Shown: in pieces, positions 1 to 10,068 of the stretch
Layout of the letters: each line of letters opens with the position of its first letter
Numbering within the stretch: position 1 is the stretch's first letter
NCBI GenBank assembly: GCA_963837955.1
Contig: CAWIPH010000002.1
Coordinates: 2,368,001 to 2,432,000, forward strand
Origin: an uncultured Verrucomicrobiae bacterium
GTDB lineage: Bacteria; Verrucomicrobiota; Verrucomicrobiia; Chthoniobacterales; JAFAMB01
Length of the DNA stretch: 64,000 bases
Reading direction: 5' to 3'
The notes under the pieces: model-generated
The model's input: the letters and a program-made list of their open reading frames with translations, nothing else
Databases searched by the model: none
Told to the model about the DNA's origin: nothing
Translations under genes and position numbers: made by a program

Positions 1-68
1 ACCAGATTGGCAGCCAGATCGTCGTCTTCCCAAACTGGAACGATCAAGCTGATCAATGGAGCTAGCAC
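1..68 (-). CDS. 5' end of a GT2-family glycosyltransferase (probably TIGR04283-like), runs off the window
   Basis: Reverse strand from GTG at 68 reads MLAPLISLIVPVWEDDDLAANL, a typical GT-A N-terminal strand; divergent from a TIGR04282-like gene, its usual partner. Confidence 0.55.
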   Translation of the reverse strand, partial: MLAPLISLIVPVWEDDDLAANL

Positions 69-187
69 TTGGCTTTTTCTTGCGTTGAGTCTCGGCAAAA
101 CATCGCCGGCTGCGAATTTGGACGGAATCGAAGGGAATGCAAGCGAGCCCTCGTTCGAGTAAATCTGTTTGACAGTTATTAGTTGAA

Positions 188-916
188 TTGGCGAGAGACG
201 CATCACCGATTTTGAAGACAATTTGCATGATCCTGAAATCGCCGCGTGTCGGTGAAGTGAAAACCCGTCTGGCGAAGGATGTCGGCGCAGAAAGAGCGAC
301 CATCATCTATCGTGCCTTGGTCGAGCACCAAGCCGCCCAAATCCCTTCGGACATGGAAATGGTTGTTTATTTCACTCCGGCTGACGCGAAGGAAGAAATG
401 AAGAATTGGCTGAAGCCTCACCTGCGTGAGAACGCGCGCTTCCTGTCGCAAGTCAGTGGTGACCTTGGTGATCGGCTAGCCATGGTAGTCGACACGGAAT
501 TTGCAAGAGGAAACGAACGGCTCTTCCTAATTGGCGGGGATTGTCCGGGCCTTTGCCTTGATTACTTCCGTGACGCTGATCTCGGATTGGATACTCACGA
601 CGTTGTGATCGGTCCCGCTCAAGACGGGGGATATGTCTTGCTTGGACTCAAGAGCCCTCTCGACAAGCTCGAGGCAGGTCGTCTCGACAAGCCTCTCGAC
701 GGGCTCGAGGCGGGTCCTTACGCTAATCTGTTTAAGAATATAGCTTGGAGTTCGGGCACCGTCCTTAGTCAGACGCTCGACGCCGCCCGGAAGGAAAATC
801 TGAGCGTTCGGCTCCTTCATCCGCTAGTGGACATCGACGATATCGTGAGTTTGAACGATCAATCCGAACTAATCCAAAACCTCCTTGAAAAAGGAAAGAG
901 AGCTCGAACTGGCTGA
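188..916 (+). CDS. TIGR04282/DUF2064-family glycosyltransferase-like protein
   Basis: Motifs KSPRVGEVKTRLA, Q-x-x-GDLGDRL, LIGGDCP, VVIGPAQDGGYVLLGL, IAWSS, DIDD; start could be 227. Confidence 0.85.
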   Translation: MARDASPILKTICMILKSPRVGEVKTRLAKDVGAERATIIYRALVEHQAAQIPSDMEMVVYFTPADAKEEMKNWLKPHLRENARFLSQVSGDLGDRLAMVVDTEFARGNERLFLIGGDCPGLCLDYFRDADLGLDTHDVVIGPAQDGGYVLLGLKSPLDKLEAGRLDKPLDGLEAGPYANLFKNIAWSSGTVLSQTLDAARKENLSVRLLHPLVDIDDIVSLNDQSELIQNLLEKGKRARTG

Positions 917-1057
917 GATAGGATTCTAGATTCATCGGCGGGCGCGCGTTTGCTTCGACACAAGGAAAATAGATATGCGCCCGGATGAGTCGTCCCGGCT
1001 CGTCCGCCATAGCTCGGAGACCGCCTTCGCTGCTCGAGCTACGGCGCGAAGGAGGAA

Positions 1058-1263
1058 GGGACCCAATGAAAGTAGCCCAGTACGAAGTGCTGGGTTGGCG
1101 TTCAGAAAAAGCGCCCCGTCCCGGATGGGACGATCGACGAATCCAAACGCTCGTCAAGTCGCATGCGCGTGACCAGGAACCGAACGCTTCTATCGTCCCT
1201 GGCGGGACGGACATTTCTTTGTGCAACATTTCCCAGCACTTCGTACTGGGCTTCATTGGTCCC
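1058..1263. repeat. REPIN-like inverted-repeat element, family A
   Basis: Arm AGCCCAGTACGAAGTGCTGGG (1074-1094) vs CCCAGCACTTCGTACTGGGCT (1232-1252); inner CGTCCC-N-GGGACG hairpins; related copy at 41271-41497. Confidence 0.8.
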
Positions 1264-1392
1264 GGGACCAGTCCTCTTCGCATATTTCTTCGCTCCTATG
1301 TCGCGTGCATGCGCGACCGCGGGGTGCCCGGAAACGGCCAACGGGTCATGATCTACTTTCTCCAGTCTTCAGTCTTCTGTATCCTGTAGAAC

Positions 1393-2569
1393 ATGCCCCA
1401 GGGCGCTACCTTTCATTGGGATGATCCGCTAAGACTCGATTTACAGCTGAGCGACATCGAGAAGGCGGTGCAACGTGAGGCCGCTGAATACGCCCAAAAA
1501 ATATCTGATGCCGCGGGTAATCGAAGCCACACGGACGCAGAATTTCGATCCAGCGATTGTCCGAGAAATGGGAGAAAAGGGATTACTCGGTATCAATTTG
1601 AATGGCTACGGTTTCCGCGGCCTGAACCATGTTTGCTACGGACTTGTTGCCCGCGAGCTTGAACGCGTTGATAGCGCGTATCGGACGGTCTTTAGTGTGC
1701 AATCGAGTCTGGTTACCGAAGCGATTTATCTGAGCGGCTCGCCGGCACAAAAGGATAAGTACCTTCCTAAGCTAGGCGCCGGCGAATTCATTGGCTGCTT
1801 TGCGTTGACGGAACCGGATCATGGTTCGGATCCGGGTTCGATGGTGACACGAGCAAAGAAAGTAGCGGGCGGGTATCAATTGAACGGACAAAAGAAGTGG
1901 ATCGGATTAGCGACCGCGGCAGACCTGTTGATTGTGTGGGCCAAAGATGGAGAGGGGATCGTGCGCGGATTCATTGTGGAGCGAGACGCGCGGGGCCTGC
2001 GTACTGCCAACATAGAGGGTAAATTTTCTTTGCGCGCCGCGCCCACCTGCGAAGTCTGGTTGGATAATGTCTTTGTCCCCGCGGAGAACATGTTGCCGGA
2101 AGCCAAAGGGCTGGTCGCACCTTTCCAGTCACTGAATAAGGCGCGGTTCAGTATCGCTTTTGGGACGATCGGCGCAGCCGAAGCATGTTGGAAGATTGCC
2201 AGAGATTACGTTGTGGAGCGGAAACAATTTGGTAGGCCACTCGCTGCCAATCAAATAATCCAAAAGAAACTGGCTGATATGCAAACCGAGATCGCGCTCA
2301 TGACCCAGGCTGCCTTGCGAGTAGCCAGGCTGCTAGACGAGGGCGAATGCACGCACGAAGCAATTAGTTTGGTAAAGCGCGCTTGCGCGAAGAAAGCGCT
2401 GGAGATTGCCATCACAGCGCGAGACATGCTCGGAGCAAACGGAATCCTGGATGAGTACCATGTTGTTCGCCATTTGATGAACCTGCTCGCGGTAAATACC
2501 TATGAAGGAACCGAGGATATTCACGCTTTGATTTTAGGACGAGCTCAGACTGGGATTTCGGCGTTTTGA
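1393..2569 (+). CDS. Glutaryl-CoA dehydrogenase-like acyl-CoA dehydrogenase, split by a +1 frameshift at the A6 run 1496-1501
   Basis: N-terminus FHWDDPLRLD in one frame, continues as YLMPRV...GCFALTEPDHGSDP...YEGTEDIHALILGR in another; removing one A restores AQKYLMPR. Confidence 0.85.
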
Positions 2570-2574
2570 TGCGA

Positions 2575-3471
2575 CTACGTTTTCGCCAATAACGCGCGTC
2601 CCGCCCTTGAGCTATTTTCTCGACCGATCGCTTGAGAAATAAAATCGCCAGTCCGCACAATTTCGTCGAGATTGATTCCGGTTCCCAAGCCAAGTCCGTT
2701 CAGGAGATAGAGAAGATCTTCGGTTGCCAGATTTCCGGTAGCGCCTTTGGCGAAAGGACAGCCACCGAGTCCGGCGACTGAACTGTGGAAACTCGATAGT
2801 CCGACTTCCAAACTAGCCAGTACATTAGCCAGGGCTTGGCCGTAAGTATCATGGTAGTGCCCCGCCAGCCGCTCGAGCGGGAATTCCTGTGCGGACGCAC
2901 GAATCACCCCTTTGACTCGGTTAGCCGTACCGACCCCAATCGTATCGGCGATATCGATGCCGTCACAGCCGAGTTCACGCAGGCGACGGACCACGTCGAC
3001 GACTGAGGTGATGGACACCTCGCCCTGATAGGGGCAACCCAACGCGCAGGAGACGCTGCCACGCAGTCGGAGGCGATGCTCTTTGGCGGCCCGGGCAACG
3101 GGAGCGAACCGATCAAACGACTCGGCAATCGAACAATTGATATTCTTTTGCGAAAACGTTTCGCTGGCAGCGGTAAAGATCACCACTTCGGTCAGATTAA
3201 CCGCAAGTGCGCTTTCCAAACCTTGCGTGTTCGGAACAAGCGCCGAATAGACTACGTCCGGCTTGCGCTCAATTTGGCGCATGACTTCTGTCCCGTCGGC
3301 CAGTTGAGGGACCCACTTCGGAGATACAAACGATGTCACCTCAATGTTAGTGATGCCCGCAGAGACGAGTCGATTAATCAAGTCCACTTTGATCGGAGTC
3401 GGCACCAAAGCTTTTTCGTTCTGCAACCCGTCACGCGGTCCGACTTCGACGACTATCACTTTTTGCTGCAT
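2575..3471 (-). CDS. liuE: Hydroxymethylglutaryl-CoA lyase
   Basis: EVGPRDGLQNE, HYHDTYG, GLGGCPFAKGATGNLATED. Confidence 0.95.
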   Translation of the reverse strand: MQQKVIVVEVGPRDGLQNEKALVPTPIKVDLINRLVSAGITNIEVTSFVSPKWVPQLADGTEVMRQIERKPDVVYSALVPNTQGLESALAVNLTEVVIFTAASETFSQKNINCSIAESFDRFAPVARAAKEHRLRLRGSVSCALGCPYQGEVSITSVVDVVRRLRELGCDGIDIADTIGVGTANRVKGVIRASAQEFPLERLAGHYHDTYGQALANVLASLEVGLSSFHSSVAGLGGCPFAKGATGNLATEDLLYLLNGLGLGTGINLDEIVRTGDFISQAIGRENSSRAGRALLAKT

Positions 3472-3488
3472 GGGAGCGGATTCGAAGA

Positions 3489-5516
3489 TCAGGTATGACT
3501 CGGCGAGAATCGTAATAGCTGCGTGCCCTCGGCGACCTGGTCGCCAACATTGAACAGCACCTCATCGACGACACCGTCTCCGGCCGCCGCAATGGTATGC
3601 TCCATCTTCATCGCCTCCATCGTGATTAATGGTGCTCCTTTGGCTACAGTTTGACCGTTCTTCACGAACACAGCCACAATCCTTCCAGGCATGGGTGCGG
3701 TCAGATTCCCTTCATCATACTCGGCGGTTGAGATGCCAACTATTGAATCAATCCATTGAAGGGTCACCTGTTCACCTTCCGCGACGACATCGAAGACGTC
3801 ATTCTGTACATACACAGAGCCCGTGATTCTCTCGGTATTGACCAACAGAGTGAAATTGTTGTCTTGACGCTCGAGAATAGAAACGTTTGCTGAATCACCA
3901 TCGACTTCAAGCGAATAGCCTTTTCGCCTATAGATGAGCTTGGCCTCAATGCCCCGATGGATCGTCTTCCAGTGCAACGTGCGAACATACTCGGCATTTA
4001 GCCGCCAGCCGCTCGTACTCATCCATGGCGAATAGGGATCAGAAGTCTCAGCTTTCATATTCTCTTCCTCGCGCTTGAGCAGAGCAGCCGTAGCCAGCGC
4101 TACCGCGGTGATTCGAACGGTAGTATCTGGAGTCAGCAACGAACCTAAGTTGCGATCAACAATCCCGGTATCGAGATTTGCCGCGGTGTAGTCCGGAGAA
4201 CTTACCAGGCGCCACAGGAACGCTCGGTTGGTATGCAATCCTAACGCAATGAAATCGCCGAGTGCGTGTCGCATGCGAGCCAGCGCCTCTGTCCGATCAA
4301 ATCCCCAGACAATCAATTTGGCAATCATCGGATCGTAATAGGGAGTAATAGCGTCGCCTTGCCGAACACCTGAATCAACGCGTACTGGAGCAGGGTCAGG
4401 CCCAGGACCGACTTGGAATTCTGCTGCGTTCGGCAGTTTCAAAATCCGCAGAGTACCGATGGAAGGTAAAAATTGATTGTCTGGATTTTCTGCGTAGATC
4501 CGCGCTTCCATCGCATGCCCGTGGGCGGTCAGTTGATCTTGCAGTCGTGGAAGAGGTAAGCCAGCGGCGACACGCAATTGCCACTCGACCAGGTCTTGGC
4601 CGGTTATCATTTCGGTTACGGGATGTTCGACCTGGAGGCGCGTATTCATCTCCATGAAATAAAAATGTCTGTTTTGATCGACGAGGAATTCGACGGTACC
4701 GGCACCCACATAACCTACAGCCCGCGCCGCGGAGAGGGCGGTTTCTCCGATTGAGTGGCGTAATTCCTCCTTCAGGCCCGGTGCGGGTGCTTCTTCAATG
4801 ATTTTTTGGTGGCGGCGCTGGACCGAACAATCGCGTTCGAAGAGGTGAACGTAGTTGCCGTGCGCATCGGCGAACACCTGGACTTCGATATGACGGGGGT
4901 CGGGAAGATATTTTTCGACGAGGACAGAAGCATCACCGAAACTGTTTTTCGCTTCACGTTGGCAGGATACCAAAGCCTCAGCAAATTCCTCCGGTTTCTC
5001 CACCACGCGCATGCCTTTTCCGCCGCCACCGGCGCTGGCTTTGAGCAGCACCGGGTAGCCGATGGTTTTAGCTTCCTTCTGTAACTCGTCGGGCCTTTGA
5101 TTCTTGCCGTGATAACCCGGGACAACCGGGACGCCGGCTCCGGCGACCAGTTCCTTGGCAGCGCTTTTGTTGCCCATGGCACGAATTGCGGCGGGCGGGG
5201 GCCCGATGAACGCAAGTCCTGCTTCCGCGCAGGCTACGGCAAATGCTTCGTTTTCCGCCAGGAAGCCGTAGCCAGGATGAATAGCTTGGGCGCCCGTTGC
5301 CTTCGCTGCCCGAATGAGAGGCTCGATGCAGAGATAGCTTTCATTGGCCGGAGCTCTGCCAATGTGAACAGATTCATTGGCTACGGCCACATGCTTCGAG
5401 TTTCTATCAGCATCAGAATAGACAGCGACCGTTCGAATGCCGAGTCTCGAAGCCGTGGCTGCTATGCGGCAACTGATTTCGCCGCGGTTAGCAATCAAGA
5501 TTTTTTCGAACATCAT
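3489..5516 (-). CDS. liuD: 3-methylcrotonyl-CoA carboxylase alpha (biotin carboxylase + BCCP)
   Basis: ILIANRGEI, HPGYGFLAEN, RDCSVQRRHQK, EMNTRLQVEHPVTE, EAMKMEH biotinylation site; operon context. Confidence 0.92.
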   Translation of the reverse strand: MMFEKILIANRGEISCRIAATASRLGIRTVAVYSDADRNSKHVAVANESVHIGRAPANESYLCIEPLIRAAKATGAQAIHPGYGFLAENEAFAVACAEAGLAFIGPPPAAIRAMGNKSAAKELVAGAGVPVVPGYHGKNQRPDELQKEAKTIGYPVLLKASAGGGGKGMRVVEKPEEFAEALVSCQREAKNSFGDASVLVEKYLPDPRHIEVQVFADAHGNYVHLFERDCSVQRRHQKIIEEAPAPGLKEELRHSIGETALSAARAVGYVGAGTVEFLVDQNRHFYFMEMNTRLQVEHPVTEMITGQDLVEWQLRVAAGLPLPRLQDQLTAHGHAMEARIYAENPDNQFLPSIGTLRILKLPNAAEFQVGPGPDPAPVRVDSGVRQGDAITPYYDPMIAKLIVWGFDRTEALARMRHALGDFIALGLHTNRAFLWRLVSSPDYTAANLDTGIVDRNLGSLLTPDTTVRITAVALATAALLKREEENMKAETSDPYSPWMSTSGWRLNAEYVRTLHWKTIHRGIEAKLIYRRKGYSLEVDGDSANVSILERQDNNFTLLVNTERITGSVYVQNDVFDVVAEGEQVTLQWIDSIVGISTAEYDEGNLTAPMPGRIVAVFVKNGQTVAKGAPLITMEAMKMEHTIAAAGDGVVDEVLFNVGDQVAEGTQLLRFSPSHT

Positions 5517-5522
5517 CTTTTT

Positions 5523-6350
5523 CTAACTCGGACGAGACGGCCCTTCGCTCTTCGAGCCCGGCGCGTTCGGCCGCCAACCCGGCTGCCGCTTTTCCAAAAA
5601 GGCGCGCACACCCTCACGCGCTTCGTCTGAAGCGCGGACCTGCGCGATGCGTTCTGCCGTATCGGTCAGAATTTCGTCAGACAGCAGTCGACCGTCGATG
5701 TCGAGAATCAATCGTTTGCTCTGGATAACGGCATTTGGACCATTTAGCGCAATGGCTGTCGTGATCGATTGAACGGTTGCATCCAACAGATCTGGGGTTA
5801 CCACTTCGTGCACGAGCCCTATGCGATGCGCTTCGGCGGCACTGAATCGCTCGGCTGTGACAAAATAGCGGCGGGCGGATCTGGCTCCAATGGCGCGAAT
5901 CACATATGGGCTGATCGTCGCTGGTATCAGGCCGAGTTTCACCTCGGAAAGGCTGAAACTTGCGCTATTCACTGCAACGACAATATCGGCCGCGGAAATC
6001 AATCCAACGCCGCCGCCGAAAGCATCACCCTGTACCTTTGCGACAACCGGCTTGGGGCAACTGTAAATAGTGCGCAACATAGCAGCGAGTCGATAAGCGT
6101 CGTCGAAATTGGCTTGGTGAGACAGCTCAGCCATACGCTTCATCCAAGCGAGATCAGCGCCGGCGCTAAAGCACTTTCCTCGAGCTGCGAGCACGATTAC
6201 CCGCAGCTCGCTGCGGGTTCCAAGTGTCTGGACGCACTCCCCAAGCTCCTGGATCGCAACTTCATTAAACGCGTTGAAGACATCCGGGCGATTCAGTGTA
6301 ACTGTCGCTACCGGACCGGTGCTTGTCAGCTCAAGCGTTTGGTAATTCAT
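5523..6350 (-). CDS. liuC: Methylglutaconyl-CoA hydratase (crotonase family)
   Basis: FSAGADLAWMKRMA, AFGGGVGL, LSEVKLGLIPATISPYV; lies between MCC subunits. Confidence 0.88.
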   Translation of the reverse strand: MNYQTLELTSTGPVATVTLNRPDVFNAFNEVAIQELGECVQTLGTRSELRVIVLAARGKCFSAGADLAWMKRMAELSHQANFDDAYRLAAMLRTIYSCPKPVVAKVQGDAFGGGVGLISAADIVVAVNSASFSLSEVKLGLIPATISPYVIRAIGARSARRYFVTAERFSAAEAHRIGLVHEVVTPDLLDATVQSITTAIALNGPNAVIQSKRLILDIDGRLLSDEILTDTAERIAQVRASDEAREGVRAFLEKRQPGWRPNAPGSKSEGPSRPS

Positions 6351-6359
6351 ACGCAATAC

Positions 6360-6482
6360 TTAGGATTTAGTAGCTAGTAACAAGGAGTCAGGAGTTAGTA
6401 GCTAGGGTGCCGTTTGACTTGGATCCCGTTCGAAAAGCACATCTCCTAGATACTAAATACTAGCTCCTAAATATTAAATCCT
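6360..6482. repeat. Degenerate heptamer repeats in inverted arrangement
   Basis: TAG-periodic run (TAGGATT TAGTAGC TAGTAAC...) at 6361-6406 mirrored by CTA-periodic run at 6444-6482. Confidence 0.55.
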
Positions 6483-6484
6483 CG

Positions 6485-8092
6485 TTACATCCGGAACACC
6501 CCGAAGCGCGTTTCCGGAATCGGGGCATTCAGCGACGCTGAGATACCGAGCCCAAGAACGAGCCGCGTATCTAACGGATCGATCACCCCGTCATCCCACA
6601 GGCGCGCACTTGCATAGTAAGGATGCCCCTGTTTTTCGTACTGTTCACGGATCGGCTTCTTAAATGTTTCTTCTTCTGCCGCGCTCCACTGGCCGCCTTT
6701 TGCCTCGATGGAATCGCGTCTGACCGTAGCTAATACCGACGCTGCCTGTTCTCCTCCCATGACCGAGATGCGCGCATTCGGCCACATCCAGAGCAGCCGC
6801 GGAGAATAGGCGCGTCCGCACATGCCATAATTTCCGGCGCCAAATGATCCGCCGATGATCACCGTAAATTTTGGGACCTGCGCGGTGGCGACAGCAGTGA
6901 CCATCTTGGCGCCGTGTCGGGCGATCCCTTCGGCTTCATATTTACGACCAACCATGAACCCGGCGATGTTCTGCAAAAAGATCAACGGGATTCGGCGTTG
7001 GCAGCAGAGCTCGATGAAGTGAGTCCCTTTCTGGGCGGATTCGGAAAAAAGGATACCATTGTTGGCGATGATGCCGACTGGATAACCCCAGAGATGCGTA
7101 AACCCACAAACCAGCGTTGAGCCGTACCGAGCCTTAAATTCGTCGAACTCGGAACCATCGACTATGCGCGCAATCACTTCCCGCACATCATAGGGCTTGC
7201 GGTGATCGGTTGGAATGACTCCGTATAATTCCTGTGGATCGGAGCGCGGTTCAATTGGTTCCCGGACATGGAGCTGTACCGGTTTCGTGCGATTCAGGTT
7301 AGCGACGATCGTGCGAGCTAAGACCAGCGCATGTGAATCGTCTTGTGCTAAATGATCGGCAACGCCGGATAATCGGGTGTGGACGTCGCCGCCGCCCAGA
7401 TCTTCGGCGCTGACGACTTCACCGATCGCGGCTTTGACCAAGGGAGGACCTGCCAAGAAGATTGTCCCTTGGTTCTTCACGATGACCGACTCATCGCTCA
7501 TCGCGGGTACGTAAGCACCGCCTGCTGTGCATGAACCCATCACGACAGCAATTTGGGCAATTCCCTGCGCCGAAAGATTGGCCTGATTATAGAAGATCCG
7601 GCCGAAGTGGTCGCGATCGGGAAACACTTCATCCTGGTTCGGTAAATTCGCACCACCCGAATCGACCAGGTAAATACAAGGCAACCGGTTCTGCTCGGCG
7701 ATTTCTTGGGCCCGGAGATGCTTCTTTACCGATATCGGGTAATAGGTGCCGCCTTTCACGGTCGCGTCGTTGCAAACAATCACGCATTCCTGGCCGGAAA
7801 CACGACCAATGCCGGTGATGAGTCCGGCACCTGGCGCGGCGTTGTCGTACATGCCGTAAGCCGCCAGCTGAGACAGCTCGAGAAACGGAGTGCCTGGATC
7901 GATTAAACGATTAACCCGGTCGCGAGGCAGAAGCTTGCCGCGTGAAAGATGTTTTCGGCGTGCTTCCTCACCACCGCCACTGGCCAGTTCGAGAATTTTC
8001 TTCCGGAGATCGCAGACCATCGCCTCCATGGCCTCTGCGCTACGACGGAACTCGGTCGACTTCGGATCGAGTTTGGACGCAAGGATCGGCAT
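6485..8092 (-). CDS. liuB: 3-methylcrotonyl-CoA carboxylase beta (carboxyltransferase)
   Basis: [49 protein letters not shown]-terminal FGVFRM. Confidence 0.95.
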   Translation of the reverse strand: MPILASKLDPKSTEFRRSAEAMEAMVCDLRKKILELASGGGEEARRKHLSRGKLLPRDRVNRLIDPGTPFLELSQLAAYGMYDNAAPGAGLITGIGRVSGQECVIVCNDATVKGGTYYPISVKKHLRAQEIAEQNRLPCIYLVDSGGANLPNQDEVFPDRDHFGRIFYNQANLSAQGIAQIAVVMGSCTAGGAYVPAMSDESVIVKNQGTIFLAGPPLVKAAIGEVVSAEDLGGGDVHTRLSGVADHLAQDDSHALVLARTIVANLNRTKPVQLHVREPIEPRSDPQELYGVIPTDHRKPYDVREVIARIVDGSEFDEFKARYGSTLVCGFTHLWGYPVGIIANNGILFSESAQKGTHFIELCCQRRIPLIFLQNIAGFMVGRKYEAEGIARHGAKMVTAVATAQVPKFTVIIGGSFGAGNYGMCGRAYSPRLLWMWPNARISVMGGEQAASVLATVRRDSIEAKGGQWSAAEEETFKKPIREQYEKQGHPYYASARLWDDGVIDPLDTRLVLGLGISASLNAPIPETRFGVFRM

Positions 8093-8201
8093 GAAGATGG
8101 ACTTGTTGCTCCGGTAGGCTGATTTTTCTGGGGTGAAATGAGCTCCGGCTCTCAGAATGCTTCATCTCGAACAAAATTTCACGCCCGAAACTCCGCAACG
8201 C

Positions 8202-8462
8202 TCATCCTCGACCGGGAGGGCGCATGTCCTCGTGCGCCGAAAAGAACGGATCGCGGGGACGCGATCCCTCCCCGGTTTGGGCGTTGAATCATCCTCGACC
8301 GGGAGGGCGCACGTCCTCGTGCGCCGAAGAACGGATCGCGGGGACGCGATCCCTCCCCGGTTTGGGCGTTGAATCATCCTCGACCGGGAGGGCGCACGTC
8401 CTCGTGCGCCGAAAAGAACGGATCGCGGGGACGCGATCCCTCCCCGGTTTGGGCGTTGAATC
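8202..8462. repeat. Tandem array of 3 near-identical 85-87 bp palindromic units (REP family B)
   Basis: Units start at 8202, 8289, 8374; each has GCGCACG-TCCT-CGTGCGC and GGATCGCG-GGGA-CGCGATCC hairpins inside ACCGGGAGGG...CCCTCCCCGGT. Confidence 0.92.
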
Positions 8463-8470
8463 GTTGCCGA

Positions 8471-8616
8471 GGTGCAGGTTCAGAACATAGGCAACACCTT
8501 AGGTTCAATACATAGGTAACACTTTTTGGGCAGAGAACGGTAAAAGAAGCGTTCATACCCCGGAAGAAGAATGAACCTATGGAGCAGAAGTGTTACCGAT
8601 GTTCTGAACCTGGTCC
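8471..8616. mobile_element. 146-bp MITE / internally deleted IS, IS481-like ends
   Basis: Terminal inverted repeats CAGGTTCAGAACATAGGCAACAC / GTGTTACCGATGTTCTGAACCTG, second internal IR copy at 8501-8524, flanking CCGA direct repeat at 8467-8470 and 8617-8620. Confidence 0.72.
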
Positions 8617-8687
8617 CCGATGGGCATCCACCAATCACTTCTCACCTCTCACCGATCACAATCGCAGCCTGAGCTAGGAGGCCGACT

Positions 8688-9488
8688 ATGACTGACCCGC
8701 GCGAGGTAGCGACTCTTCGACGATTACATGGGGCGATAGGTTCGGTTCCGCTAGTATCTTTGTGCAGGAAGGTTGGTATCTCAGTTCCTGAAATGGGAAA
8801 GGTACTCGAATCCCTAAAGCAATCTGGTTTTGCCTTTGAGCAGACCGACGAAGGAATCCGGTTTTTGAGCGAACCTGACTGGTTGGTCCCGCAGTCCATC
8901 ATGGCGCGTCTGGAAACAAAGATCGTCGGTCGGGAGGTCTTCGTATTTCGCGAAACTTCGTCGACCAACGACCTGGCGCGACAGGCGGGCAAGGGGGGTG
9001 CGGCCGAGGGGGTCGTCTTTTTTGCGGAACACCAGACAGCCGGCCGGGGAACGCATGGCCGAAAATGGATTTCTAGCTCTAATCAAGGCCTCTGGTTCTC
9101 CATTTTATTGCGCTCGCAATTGCCCGTCGATCAATGTCCAGTTCTTGTTCAAATGGCGGCGGTGACGGCTGCAGAAACTGTCGAGCGCTGGATCGGAAGA
9201 CCTGTCTCCATTAAGGCGCCAAATGATTTGTACGTGGGTGGAGGGAAACTTGGCGGATTTCTATTAGAAACCTCGAACGGATGGGATTTCCAAGTGTTAG
9301 GTATCGGGATCAACGTGCGGTCTGCTCCACCAGTAGAAGGATATGCGACCGTCGCATTGGACCAATTTGCGAAATCTCCCATTCCTCTGACAGAGCTGGC
9401 GGCTGAGCTACTCACCTGTTTCGAGGATTGGTATTTAAGAACGCCAGCGGAGGCAGTTGCTCGCGCATTTGCCGTGCGACTGAGTTGA
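8688..9488 (+). CDS. birA: Biotin-protein ligase with short N-terminal HTH-like region
   Basis: TSSTNDLA, AEHQTAGRGTHGRKW, IKAPNDLY, KLGGFLLE, LGIGINV. Confidence 0.92.
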   Translation: MTDPREVATLRRLHGAIGSVPLVSLCRKVGISVPEMGKVLESLKQSGFAFEQTDEGIRFLSEPDWLVPQSIMARLETKIVGREVFVFRETSSTNDLARQAGKGGAAEGVVFFAEHQTAGRGTHGRKWISSSNQGLWFSILLRSQLPVDQCPVLVQMAAVTAAETVERWIGRPVSIKAPNDLYVGGGKLGGFLLETSNGWDFQVLGIGINVRSAPPVEGYATVALDQFAKSPIPLTELAAELLTCFEDWYLRTPAEAVARAFAVRLS

Positions 9489-9663
9489 GTAGCCTGATGC
9501 TTCCAGCCTCAGGAAGAGTGATCTGTGATTAGTGAGAGGAATGGAGAACAGGGCGGTAAGAAATCTCTGCCGAGGATTTGCCGATAGGCATCCACCAATC
9601 ACTTTTCACAAATCACCTCTCACAATCGGGCAGGCCGATTCCTGAGCCAGAGGATCAGGCTAC
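9489..9663. repeat. Inverted-repeat element enclosing heptamer (TCAC-periodic) repeats
   Basis: GTAGCCTGATGCTTCCAGCCTCAGGA (9489-9514) vs TCCTGAGCCAGAGGATCAGGCTAC (9640-9663); similar arm at 58357-58380. Confidence 0.65.
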
Positions 9664-9666
9664 CTG

Positions 9667-10068
9667 CTACGACCCGGAGGGCGCTTGCTTGGCCTGTGGC
9701 GGCTCTTCCTGGCCCGAAATTTCAGTAGTGCCGCTCGGGACGAACTGATGAAATGTCACCACTTTTCCGGCGCTGGCGCTCGACGGTAGGTGAGCAAGAA
9801 GTTCAGTCACACACGCGTGGTATGGCACGTTAACGGCCGGGGCAAATTCCTGAAACCGTTTGAAGGCGTCTTCCAGACCATTCGCTCGCCAGTCTTTCTG
9901 GCCGTTTCCCAAAAGGCGGGCGCCCGTATGCCATCGAACTACGACTGCAATTTCCGCCTCTGTCTCGTAACTCAGTTCGATCGAACAAGATGAGCGCTGG
10001 AGATAAAATCCGCCAATTTGCTCAGTCGCTTTCAGCTCTCTAGTGATGGAACAACAAATTTGATTCAC
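9667..10068 (-). CDS. Hypothetical protein
   Basis: 133-aa ORF filling the gap between repeat and next gene; no recognised motif. Confidence 0.5.
   Translation of the reverse strand: MNQICCSITRELKATEQIGGFYLQRSSCSIELSYETEAEIAVVVRWHTGARLLGNGQKDWRANGLEDAFKRFQEFAPAVNVPYHACVTELLAHLPSSASAGKVVTFHQFVPSGTTEISGQEEPPQAKQAPSGS

Noticed and set aside
765..1424. ORFs across the family A element
   Set aside because: Palindromic element open in several frames; the same pseudo-peptide MKVAQ appears at 41380-41688
8157..8556. Several short ORFs
   Set aside because: Translations of the tandem repeat and MITE
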